From positions 1-63,842 of the forward strand of contig CAZKYX010000001.1 of the NCBI GenBank assembly GCA_964557125.1: a stretch of 63,842 nt of DNA, in the 5' to 3' direction. The position numbers and the translations under genes are program-made. Each line of letters opens with the position of its first letter. Within the stretch, counting starts at the first letter, position 1. Positions 8,781-16,763 of the stretch are shown here, in pieces. The notes under the pieces are model-generated. The model saw only the letters and a list, made by a program, of their open reading frames with translations, did no database searches and was not told the DNA's origin. The stretch comes from an uncultured Gammaproteobacteria bacterium. GTDB lineage: Bacteria > Patescibacteriota > Microgenomatia > Levybacterales > GWA1-39-11.

Positions 8781-9854
8781 TTATAGTGCCAGTAATAGTA
8801 TTCCTCCAATTATTGCAAGGAGAATTCCACCAAAGATTCCCAGTGTTTGTGCCATAGAACCGCTTGGTGCAAGTGTAGCAGTAGGCGTGTTTGTTGAAAT
8901 TGGTGTCATTGCTGTGGTTGGTGTAGCGCTCTCAGAAGCAACTGCCGTAACCGTCGGGGTGAGCGTAGCAGTTGCAGTGGGGGTAAGCGTTGCCGTTGGG
9001 ATAAGAGTGGCTGTGGGGGTTAGTGTCGGTGTAGCTGTTGGAATTGCTGTAGGAGTTGGTGATGGTGTAGGTGTTTTTGTAGGAGTTGGTGTTGGCGTTC
9101 TTGTTGGAGTAGGGGTTGGTGTGTGAGTTGGGGGAGGTGTTACAGTTGGGGTGGCGGTGGCAGCTGTTGTGACTGATGGTGTTGTTGATATGGTGGGTGT
9201 TGCCGTTGGAGCTGTTGTTACTGTGGTTGTGGGGGTAGCAGTTGGAATCTCTGTTACTGATGGGGTTGGTGTCATTGTAACTTCTGTATCTGGCGAATCA
9301 CCAAAGTCTGCTGTCCAAAACCAACTCGTGCCACTACCTTTGACCCGAGAAATACCAACGACAGCTCGAGATGATCTTTCCATTTCTTCTTTGTGTCCAA
9401 GCTTTGATGCAAGCCACGCATCAAATGCACTCTGACCAGTTCCTCCAACAACATAAGCAATGTTTTCACCTGCTGCACCAGAATATCCAAACGCTGGAAG
9501 TCTTGATTGGAGTCCGCGCCCAAGTGAATCGGTGTGGTCGAATCTGTCGTTTGTATTCATATCCTCAGACATCCACGTTGCTGCTTTAGTAAGCTTCAAG
9601 GATACCTTAAGTTTTTGCTTGCCGAGACTTTCTCTATGAGTATTTAAAATTTCCAAAAAATTCCATTCTTCTTCATCAAGCGTAATTTCCGGAGTTGGAG
9701 TAGCTGTTGGGGCAATTGTGGTCGGTGTAGCTGTAGGTGTTGGCTCACTGGCCCTTTGACGTAAATCTTGTTGTTGACGCACTAAATACACCAGAATAGG
9801 AAGCGAGATGAGAACGAGTGCAATAACAGTGTAAATAAGATATTTTTTCTTCAC
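8781..9854 (-). CDS. CAP/SCP (cysteine-rich secretory protein family) domain protein with very long PT linker and C-terminal hydrophobic tail
   Basis: 357 aa. TM plus [11 protein letters not shown] box. CAP-like core (LNTHR...[12 protein letters not shown]...AWLASKLGH). ~150 aa of TPT repeats. Ends [30 protein letters not shown]. Confidence 0.8.
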   Translation of the reverse strand: MKKKYLIYTVIALVLISLPILVYLVRQQQDLRQRASEPTPTATPTTIAPTATPTPEITLDEEEWNFLEILNTHRESLGKQKLKVSLKLTKAATWMSEDMNTNDRFDHTDSLGRGLQSRLPAFGYSGAAGENIAYVVGGTGQSAFDAWLASKLGHKEEMERSSRAVVGISRVKGSGTSWFWTADFGDSPDTEVTMTPTPSVTEIPTATPTTTVTTAPTATPTISTTPSVTTAATATPTVTPPPTHTPTPTPTRTPTPTPTKTPTPSPTPTAIPTATPTLTPTATLIPTATLTPTATATLTPTVTAVASESATPTTAMTPISTNTPTATLAPSGSMAQTLGIFGGILLAIIGGILLLAL

Positions 9855-9987
9855 TCCTTATCTTACTCTGATTTAGGGTTTAGGGTAAAGTAGGGGTAGA
9901 GGGTATAGTTAACTATTGAAGAGCTGGGTATAAGAGAATGGCTTTCTACCTCAAATTTTGGTAAACTCTTTCAGTATTATGCATCGC

Positions 9988-10059
9988 GGCGCGGTGGTGA
10001 AGTGGAAACACGGAAGTCTGCAAAACTTTCATGCGAGGGTTCGATTCCCTTCCGCGCCT
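9988..10059 (+). tRNA. tRNA-Cys (anticodon GCA)
   Basis: Acceptor GGCGCGG/CCGCGCC, anticodon loop CTGCAAA, T-arm GAGGG-TTCGATT-CCCTT. Discriminator U, as expected for tRNA-Cys. Confidence 0.85.
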
Positions 10060-10168
10060 CAAGTGTTTGGCTGCAACCTAAAACCTGCAACCTAAAACCC
10101 CAGTTGTTAGTTATCTATCATCTTTCTGTAAGGCACAATTTACACCTCGTGATATACTATTCTCGATA

Positions 10169-10357
10169 ATGCCAAAAGAAAATCCATATTATACTGATTC
10201 TATAAAAAGAGAACTTGCTATTGGCGTCAAGGTAACAGGACTTCTCGCAAAGCCAGTCTTGGCAAGTCTTGCGCCTATTGCAGCTGAGCTAGTTGGGGGT
10301 AGGGTGAAAAATTGTTACTGGTATCACCAGTCACAGAAAAAAAATATATATTTATGA
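10169..10357 (+). CDS. small hypothetical protein (62 aa)
   Basis: Preceded by an extended -10 (TGATATACT). Its TGA stop overlaps the next ATG (ATGA coupling). Confidence 0.35.
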   Translation: MPKENPYYTDSIKRELAIGVKVTGLLAKPVLASLAPIAAELVGGRVKNCYWYHQSQKKNIYL

Positions 10358-10716
10358 AAGAAGAACGAGAAGAATTTAGAAAAGACGAAAGCGGCTATAA
10401 CGAATCGCAGTCTGATTTGCAGGCAGAAATTGGTGCTGGTGAGTGGCAGCGTCTCATTGAATTTCCTGCGTACCAGAATCGTTCACGGCAGGGGAGAATT
10501 ATTGCTATGTATCAAGCAGTTTCTAATCGTCTTACGCAGCTTGTTTCACTTTACTATCAATATGTTAGAAACAACCCTCGCGAAGCAACAAAGATGCTTG
10601 CAGAGCTTAAAAAACTGCGAAAACTTCAGGAATTTTTATTGAATAGTCTTACGTGGGAACAAAAAGGAGAAATGGGCCAACACGAATTGCCTGATGAATT
10701 AAAAAATATCCTCTAG
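10354..10716 (+). CDS. hypothetical helical protein (120 aa)
   Basis: ORF 10312..10716; start chosen at ATG 10354, which overlaps the upstream stop. Confidence 0.5.
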   Translation: MKEEREEFRKDESGYNESQSDLQAEIGAGEWQRLIEFPAYQNRSRQGRIIAMYQAVSNRLTQLVSLYYQYVRNNPREATKMLAELKKLRKLQEFLLNSLTWEQKGEMGQHELPDELKNIL

Positions 10717-11129
10717 CGAATACTATTCGGAATAATTTTTGAAGTAGGTGAGGCGCCGCCCAGAGGGTTCTGCTCGACGGGTGACAGAGATACGCTTGGG
10801 GATGCAGTTGGTGTATTGGTTGGTGAGAGGAATGGAGTTGGGGAAGGTATAACTTGGGTGGGGAATCTTTTGATTTCAGAGGCTCTTTGCCTATTATCCT
10901 GACTTTGATTGAGTTGTGAAATGGTGATTGGTAATACGAGCAGTGCCAAGGCTATAGCTCCAAATGGCAGTAATTTTCCTCCATTAAATTTAAATCCGCC
11001 TCCGCCTTTTTCTTCATTTTGAGACTGTTTTGGAGACTGCCCACCCGGTATTGGATTTTGAATAGTATTATTAAAGCCAATTCGTGGTGCGAGAGGTCCG
11101 TCAAAAGGAGAATTTGATTTTGGTTCCAT
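10713..11129 (-). CDS. small membrane protein with QSQDNRQRAS box and PT tail
   Basis: 138 aa. Gly-rich N-terminus, one TM, the box, then a PT-rich tail. The C-terminal PVEQNPLGGA is encoded by a REP copy. Confidence 0.55.
   Translation of the reverse strand: MEPKSNSPFDGPLAPRIGFNNTIQNPIPGGQSPKQSQNEEKGGGGFKFNGGKLLPFGAIALALLVLPITISQLNQSQDNRQRASEIKRFPTQVIPSPTPFLSPTNTPTASPSVSLSPVEQNPLGGASPTSKIIPNSIR
10752..10781 (+). repeat. GC-rich REP element (diverged copy) inside a CDS
   Basis: GGCGCCGCCCAGAGGGTTCTGCTCGACGGG. Same family as 16706, 30366 and 36315. Confidence 0.75.
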
Positions 11130-11171
11130 TGTCTATCTATTATCGATAACTTTCAATTTAAAATCAACTTA

Positions 11172-11837
11172 TTATTGTGTAGGGGTACTGGAAGTAAAAG
11201 GAACAGCAGTTGGAGCGAAGGTTTTTGAGAGCTTTATAGTAAGTGGTACTGTTTCTTTAAGAATGGACTCTTGGGTTGAAAGAGTTGTTGCAACGGATTT
11301 AGGAAGAAATGTCATCTCAGTTGTTGCCTGAACCGTAGAAGGAGCGACATTAAATGTAAGGGTGGCAATTTTACCAACCCCCGAGACTTCGGCATCTGAG
11401 AGTGAAATTCCCATCGCGTATGATATTCGCCCTTGGGCAATATCAACGGATTTTATGAGTACTTGTGATGAATTTGGGAATAGTGGAGTATTTGTTTCAC
11501 CGACAATTCCGGTTCGTGCAGGAGTTATGGTTACATTTGTTATGAGTTTTGGGTCATATGAAAGTTCTGCTTGGATTGTCGAAACAGGTTTTCCACTTGT
11601 ATCTACCATGATATCAACACTTACAAGGTTTGAAGTTGCAGACGCCATATCAAGCGTTACTGGGGAGAAGTAGATTTTGGTGGAAGGCGCAACTGTTGGG
11701 GCTACGGTTACAGTTGGTTCTCCGAGATTTTTGAGATTTAACTGACTATTTCTGCTAGATAAAGCTAAGAATACAAGCAGAGCAGTAACGACTGCAAGAA
11801 CAATGATAAGAACTGTTGTTTTTTTAGGTAAATTCAT
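11172..11837 (-). CDS. membrane-anchored cohesin-like domain protein
   Basis: 221 aa. N-terminal TM. VSVDIMVDTSGKPVSTIQAELSYDPKLI ... GVGKIATLTFNV fits the cohesin sequence pattern. Confidence 0.7.
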   Translation of the reverse strand: MNLPKKTTVLIIVLAVVTALLVFLALSSRNSQLNLKNLGEPTVTVAPTVAPSTKIYFSPVTLDMASATSNLVSVDIMVDTSGKPVSTIQAELSYDPKLITNVTITPARTGIVGETNTPLFPNSSQVLIKSVDIAQGRISYAMGISLSDAEVSGVGKIATLTFNVAPSTVQATTEMTFLPKSVATTLSTQESILKETVPLTIKLSKTFAPTAVPFTSSTPTQ

Positions 11838-11943
11838 ATTTCTTAGAATTAAGTATATAGAATAAAGAATAAAGTATTCAATACATATAAAATAAAATTC
11901 TTTTCATAATACTTAATACTTTATTCATATTTCATTATTCTAA

Positions 11944-13356
11944 TTAGTCTCCTTCAACACTTAAGAATGCATTGACGATAATTGCGTTATCAATAATATC
12001 AAATTCCCCATTATCATTGAAGTCTGCAAGAACTTTCTGTTCTGCTGTGCATGATTCTTTCCCTTGATAGCAGGCAACAAAGAGGTTGTAGTCAAGCGTA
12101 TCCATTCTGTTATTGCGATTAAGATCCCCGAGTATAAGAGTTCCTGTATTGATAACAACAGTTGGAGCACCAGCTTCTAAATAGACAATTCCAGGAACTT
12201 GCTTCCATAGTGAATTGTCAAACCTGATTTTTACAAGCACGTTTCCTGTAGCGTTAATTGGAACACTTATCACACGATTGTAAGCAAATAATTCACTGCT
12301 GTATGTTGCGTTTCCACTCACTGTATATACAGGCTGGTCACTTCCCTGTTTGAATATTGCTATATCAGTTGCAAATCTGCTTGGATGCTTTGGATCCGGA
12401 TTATTGTTGTTATTTGATGTTTTTTCTCCAATGCCCGGTAGTTTGGTGACTAGAGATATCGAGGCCTGTCCTGGAATAGGTGTAGGTGTTGCCGTTGGTG
12501 TTTTTGTTGGAGTTGGGCTAGAGAAGACCGTTGGGGTAGGCGTATTGCTTGGGGTCGGACTTATATAAGCCGTTGGTGTAGGCGTATTTGAAGGAGATGG
12601 TGTTGGGGTAATGGTTGGAATTACAGTTGGGGTAATACTTGGGAAAATTGTAGGTGTCGTGCCAAGTGTTACACAGTAACCGGCATCATTTCCTGTAACA
12701 ACTTGTCTACAAGTTTGGGAGGCGCATTCTGCATCTCTATAGCATTGACATCCATTCACCATATTTACTCCACTTCTACAATCAGGTGTCGGTGTCAACT
12801 GACCGTCAATTGTTATGTTCGTTTCAATAGTAGATGTATTAGCAATAGGTACATATTCCTTATATCCCGTTGCGGTGAATAGAACGTGCAATGTAACTTT
12901 TCCTATTCCTTGTTTTTTTGCTATCAAAATGAGCTTTCCAAGACTAACGGTATCTCCTGTTACTGGAGTTATTGTTGTGTTAGTGCCGATAAATGTGACG
13001 CTGCCAATCTTATTCACGCCCGGAGAAGCGATAGGGAGAAGAGTAGCTTGAGAGAAATCTACATATTCAAACAAGCCATCTGAAATTGCTTTGCTAAAGT
13101 CAATAGTTCCAGATACTGCTCCCAAATCATTACTCCCTGCTTTTACTTTGATATTCACGGCTATTTGATCTCCAACTTTCACAACAGAGGAAGAGGGTTC
13201 AAGCGTTACTGTAACAGGAGGTGCGCTACTTGCACGCGAGCGAGACTCTTGGCTCCTTTGAACTTGATACAGGGTTACGGCGATGGCACCAAGTAGAACA
13301 AAAGCCCCAATTATGAGGAAAATAAGTCGTTTGCCTTGAGTTAAATTTTGCAACAT
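11944..13356 (-). CDS. cohesin-domain plus dockerin-domain protein
   Basis: 470 aa. TM plus QRSQESRSRAS box. Cohesin-like VKVGDQIAVNIKVKAGSNDLGAVSGTIDF. Cys knot, PT linker. C-terminal dockerin pair GDLNRNNRMDTLDYNLF and ADFNDNGEFDIIDNAIIVNAF. Confidence 0.8.
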   Translation of the reverse strand: MLQNLTQGKRLIFLIIGAFVLLGAIAVTLYQVQRSQESRSRASSAPPVTVTLEPSSSVVKVGDQIAVNIKVKAGSNDLGAVSGTIDFSKAISDGLFEYVDFSQATLLPIASPGVNKIGSVTFIGTNTTITPVTGDTVSLGKLILIAKKQGIGKVTLHVLFTATGYKEYVPIANTSTIETNITIDGQLTPTPDCRSGVNMVNGCQCYRDAECASQTCRQVVTGNDAGYCVTLGTTPTIFPSITPTVIPTITPTPSPSNTPTPTAYISPTPSNTPTPTVFSSPTPTKTPTATPTPIPGQASISLVTKLPGIGEKTSNNNNNPDPKHPSRFATDIAIFKQGSDQPVYTVSGNATYSSELFAYNRVISVPINATGNVLVKIRFDNSLWKQVPGIVYLEAGAPTVVINTGTLILGDLNRNNRMDTLDYNLFVACYQGKESCTAEQKVLADFNDNGEFDIIDNAIIVNAFLSVEGD

Positions 13357-13357
13357 A

Positions 13358-14350
13358 TTATCTTAATTTTGCTAAAAACATATCCTTCCATCCTTGAAAG
13401 TCGCGAAGATCAATGAGACTATCTGGGTGATAACAGTCTGATTTAAGTCCACCTGAGCCAAGCATTTCACCTACCCATATGCCATAGTCCAAAAGGTCTC
13501 CGGTTATTCCATCGAGATTTGGATCGCAGACTGCTGGGGTAGGTGTTGCGGTTGCAAGAATTGGGGTCGGAGTATTCTGCGGTGTTGCAGTTGGTGTACT
13601 GGAAGGAGTAGGGAGGGGGCAAATTTTATGTGAGGAGCAGACATTTTGAAGATTAAATTGCCAAGTTCTTTCAGATTCGCATCTAAAACTCGCTGTTTTT
13701 GTAACAACAAAGCCGTCGTTACAAGTTACGGTAGCTGCTTTTGCATCATAACTTGGAACGCAGCCTGTTTTGTCATATTTTATAGATTTAATTCCGCTAG
13801 ACGAGCAGGTCGTGCCATTTGTATCTGTTGTATTTGGGAGAGGAGTAGGAGTTGCAGCGGAAGTCGGTGTAGGACCGTTTGTTGTTGGAGTTGGTAGGTT
13901 AATAACATTGCATGTCTTAGGGGTTTGTATACCTAAAGTTCCGCAAATTTGAATATTTGGGGTTTTGATACATGTGCCTCCTTGTGTCGTTGCAATTGTG
14001 CCTGTCGGACAAGTACAGCCAAGAATGGTTGATTCTGGAAGACCAGAGCAGCATACAATTTGCTGAGCAGAATCAGGGCTTTGCCCTTGATATGCACACT
14101 CGGCTCTGTATGGATGAGTCCCTGTGCAGTAGGGTTGTGTTGTGCCAATGGGACCTGGACCAAGACAATAACCCGTCTGCTGACCCATGGTGCTCGAGCT
14201 TACTGGTTGCTGCACGCAACATCTTGTGTCACCTCCGCAAGCCCCAGTTGTTGTACAGGTCTGTGCCTGAGCTGAAACATAACTGGTTTTGGTTAGGAAA
14301 ATCGAAAAGAGTAGTGCGAATACAAAAAATATTTTTTTCAATAAAGACAT
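13358..14350 (-). CDS. secreted Cys-rich protein with C-terminal dockerin-like repeats
   Basis: 330 aa. Cleavable signal peptide (SYVSAQAQ), more than 30 Cys. C-terminal DPNLDGITGDLLDYGIW and HPDSLIDLRDFQGW. Stop lies 1 nt from the next start. Confidence 0.75.
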   Translation of the reverse strand: MSLLKKIFFVFALLFSIFLTKTSYVSAQAQTCTTTGACGGDTRCCVQQPVSSSTMGQQTGYCLGPGPIGTTQPYCTGTHPYRAECAYQGQSPDSAQQIVCCSGLPESTILGCTCPTGTIATTQGGTCIKTPNIQICGTLGIQTPKTCNVINLPTPTTNGPTPTSAATPTPLPNTTDTNGTTCSSSGIKSIKYDKTGCVPSYDAKAATVTCNDGFVVTKTASFRCESERTWQFNLQNVCSSHKICPLPTPSSTPTATPQNTPTPILATATPTPAVCDPNLDGITGDLLDYGIWVGEMLGSGGLKSDCYHPDSLIDLRDFQGWKDMFLAKLR

Positions 14351-14406
14351 AGCACCTATAAAAACAGCGTACTATTATAGTAAGAAAGTTTGAGAAAAGA
14401 GTCAAG

Positions 14407-15306
14407 CTATCGCTTGTATGTTGCCGTTACTACGGGAAGTTTTCGTACCGGTTTGCCGTGCGTGAATAAATAGTCATAACCCGGAGCTGGTTTTACCTCA
14501 ACACTGTCAAAATGCACTTGTCTGAAATGTCTGTCAAGAAGTCTTTGCTGCTCAACTCTAATTTCACTGTCTCGCATATTGCCATTTCCGTTTTCCCACC
14601 CTGGATAGTAAGCAAAGAAGGCAAAGACCCCTTCAGCTCCTCCATATAGCCCCTTTTTCAGCGTTTCTAAATCTGCAATATCATTGAGTCCTTTCTCTTC
14701 AGGTGTAAGGGGGAATGTATCAGAGATAATTATATTGAATTTTTTTCTTTCCGTTACAAGTCTTCTTGTGATTTCAAATGAATCTCCTTCATGAATTTGT
14801 ATGTCGATATTCAAATCTAATCCTTGTTCTGTTTTCCAGTTTTCCAATTGTTCCATTTGATTATCCTTCCATCTTCTCGCTTCATCTGCAACTTTTTTAT
14901 TTAGCTCAATGACATGATATTCGCCAGACCCTCTTCCAACCATTTTTTGAATAACTCTGCTTCCTGCAATATTAAGACCGGCACCTCTTTCCAGTACTTT
15001 TATTTTGTACTCTCTCGGTAAATTACGGATGCCCTCGGATGCAAATGCATTATCTATGGTTTTTGCAGCCCATGGTGATTCACAGGTATCCATAACTTGC
15101 TCTCCAGAGATAATTAATCTTCTTCCAGCAGGGTATTCATAGAAAGTACGCATTCCGCTAATTCCAAATGTCCCTGCCGGATACTGTTTGATAAGTGCTT
15201 CGGCATTTGCCCAACGTTCAATAAAGTTTTCGGCTACCTGTTCTTTTAAAACAGGCTGGCGCTCTTGAAGGTATAGTCGGCTGTCGTCTTCGGCTGGTAT
15301 TGGCAT
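14407..15306 (-). CDS. class I SAM-dependent methyltransferase (GAMT/RMT2-like)
   Basis: 299 aa. VLERGAGLNIAGSRV (motif I) and IISDTFPLTPEE resemble guanidinoacetate N-methyltransferase VLEVGFGMAIAASKV and ILYDTYPLSEE. Confidence 0.55.
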   Translation of the reverse strand: MPIPAEDDSRLYLQERQPVLKEQVAENFIERWANAEALIKQYPAGTFGISGMRTFYEYPAGRRLIISGEQVMDTCESPWAAKTIDNAFASEGIRNLPREYKIKVLERGAGLNIAGSRVIQKMVGRGSGEYHVIELNKKVADEARRWKDNQMEQLENWKTEQGLDLNIDIQIHEGDSFEITRRLVTERKKFNIIISDTFPLTPEEKGLNDIADLETLKKGLYGGAEGVFAFFAYYPGWENGNGNMRDSEIRVEQQRLLDRHFRQVHFDSVEVKPAPGYDYLFTHGKPVRKLPVVTATYKR

Positions 15307-15309
15307 ACT

Positions 15310-15335
15310 AAAAAAAACCCATTATGAGCAATGGG
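15310..15335 (-). promoter_or_regulatory. terminator-like hairpin plus U8 tract in the 5' leader of the methyltransferase gene
   Basis: Minus-sense CCCATT-GCTCAT-AATGGG followed by TTTTTTTT, then AGT and the ATG at 15306. Confidence 0.35.
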
Positions 15336-15347
15336 TCAATTACGGCT

Positions 15348-15376
15348 ATTTTATTCTTTGGGTGGTCTTAAGTCAA
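15348..15376 (-). promoter_or_regulatory. promoter: -35 TTGACT, 17 nt, -10 TAAAAT
   Basis: Read on the minus strand upstream of 14407..15306. Confidence 0.45.
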
Positions 15377-15407
15377 GTCAGATGAAGCTAACTGTCAGAA
15401 TTTTGTC

Positions 15408-15436
15408 TTGCAAAGAGCTAGCTATTCATATACAAT
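15408..15436 (+). promoter_or_regulatory. promoter: -35 TTGCAA, 17 nt, -10 TACAAT
   Basis: Lies inside the 5' extension of ORF 15408..16706, which supports ATG 15459 as the true start. Confidence 0.45.
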
Positions 15437-15458
15437 TCTCATAGCTTGCCCCTCCAGT

Positions 15459-16706
15459 ATGAAAGTAGCAGATATAATGCAAACAGAGGTGGAATCAGTA
15501 TCCACCGATGCGACAGTCAGAGAAATCTCCCACTTAATTTTTGGCCGAAATATTAATGGCGTTCCTGTTGTTGATGGGAAAAAAATTGTTGGATTTATAA
15601 CTGAGAAAGACATTCTTGCAGCTTTTTTTCCAACGATGGAAGACATAATTGAAGATCCAATTCGTTCACAGGATTTTTCGGAAATTGAAAATAGAGCAGA
15701 GGAAATCTTACGACTACCGGCAAAAAAAGTAATGAGTAGGAACATAACTACAGTCACATCTGATATTCCCATCATGAAAGCTGAGGCTTTGATGTTATCT
15801 CATAAAGTTGGAAGACTCCCTGTTGTTGACGCTGACAAAAAACTCATCGGCGTTGTTTCTAAAGGAGACATTTTTAGAGCTGCAGTTGGACAGAAAATGC
15901 CAATCGGAAGGGAAGAGCGATTTTATGATTGGCTTGCAAGACATTACGACATATTGATGGATTGGGATAAGAGACTAAAAGCGGAAATACCGGAACTTAC
16001 ACAGCTATTTACAAAAAATAAGACAAATCACATTTTAGATGTCGGTTTTAGCACTGGTGAGCATGCAATTGCTCTTGCCAAAAACGGTTTTGAAGTAACA
16101 GGAATTGATACGAGTTCTTTTATCGCAAAAATTGCAGAAAAGAAAAAGAGTGCGCTTCCCGAAAAGATAAAACAGAAAATTAATTTTTCGAGTGGTGAAT
16201 ATAAGAACATTCTGAGTGAGCTTGGAAATGATTTTGATGGAGTTATTTTTATGGGTAACGCTTTGTCACATGTAATGCGCACCAATAAAAATATCTTAAA
16301 GGATATTAATAAGCATTTGAGTCCAAAGAATGCAACGCTTGTTTTTCAAATTGTAAATGTTAATAAATTCATCGAAAAAGACAAAGGGTTGGAGCGCTTT
16401 GCTGTTGGAAGTGCGCCTATTGGTTTTCAAAGAAACCATGCTTTTGTTGGGTTCTATTCAAAAGGAGAGGGCAATATTGCCACATACACTCAGGCAATTT
16501 TTGATACGGATGGTCATAAATGGATATTTTCAGGAATGAGAAGTACACCAGTTCTTACATTTACAAAAGCAGGGATAAAGAAAATGCTGGGTGACATTGG
16601 ATTTAGTGACATTAAATTTTATGGAGGGGATCTTTACCGTAAGATGTTTGCAGAAGAGTATTTAGAGAAAGAGAGCGATATGCTAAATGTAGTAGCTAGA
16701 AGGTAG
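15459..16706 (+). CDS. CBS-pair domain fused to a class I SAM-dependent methyltransferase
   Basis: Two CBS motifs (GVPVVDGKKIVGFITEKDI; GRLPVVDADKKLIGVVSKGDI), then ILDVGFSTGEHAIALAKNGFEVTGIDTS. Confidence 0.8.
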   Translation: MKVADIMQTEVESVSTDATVREISHLIFGRNINGVPVVDGKKIVGFITEKDILAAFFPTMEDIIEDPIRSQDFSEIENRAEEILRLPAKKVMSRNITTVTSDIPIMKAEALMLSHKVGRLPVVDADKKLIGVVSKGDIFRAAVGQKMPIGREERFYDWLARHYDILMDWDKRLKAEIPELTQLFTKNKTNHILDVGFSTGEHAIALAKNGFEVTGIDTSSFIAKIAEKKKSALPEKIKQKINFSSGEYKNILSELGNDFDGVIFMGNALSHVMRTNKNILKDINKHLSPKNATLVFQIVNVNKFIEKDKGLERFAVGSAPIGFQRNHAFVGFYSKGEGNIATYTQAIFDTDGHKWIFSGMRSTPVLTFTKAGIKKMLGDIGFSDIKFYGGDLYRKMFAEEYLEKESDMLNVVARR

Positions 16707-16735
16707 GCGCCGCCCAGAGGGCTCTGCCCGGCGGG
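16706..16735 (+). repeat. GC-rich REP element GGCGCCGCCCAGAGGGCTCTGCCCGGCGGG
   Basis: Starts with the G of the TAG stop of the upstream gene. Followed by GTTGTAGGTTGTTTGGG heptads. Confidence 0.85.
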
Positions 16736-16763
16736 TTGTAGGTTGTTTGGGTTTGTTAAGAGT

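Noticed and set aside
8746-9435. Plus-strand ORFs (126 aa and 94 aa, Gly/Val-rich) antisense to the CAP-domain gene. Similar GVG-rich antisense ORFs occur at 3732..3986, 12350..12568, 13770..13952 and 22067..22306.
   Set aside because: They are mirror images of Pro/Thr linker codons (ACN/CCN read backwards gives GVG). They have no independent start context, and the sense-strand genes carry clear domains.
9870-9900. TTTAGGG TTTAGGG telomere-like repeat upstream of the CAP-domain gene.
   Set aside because: There are only two units. It fits the general G-rich heptad spacer family rather than a telomere.
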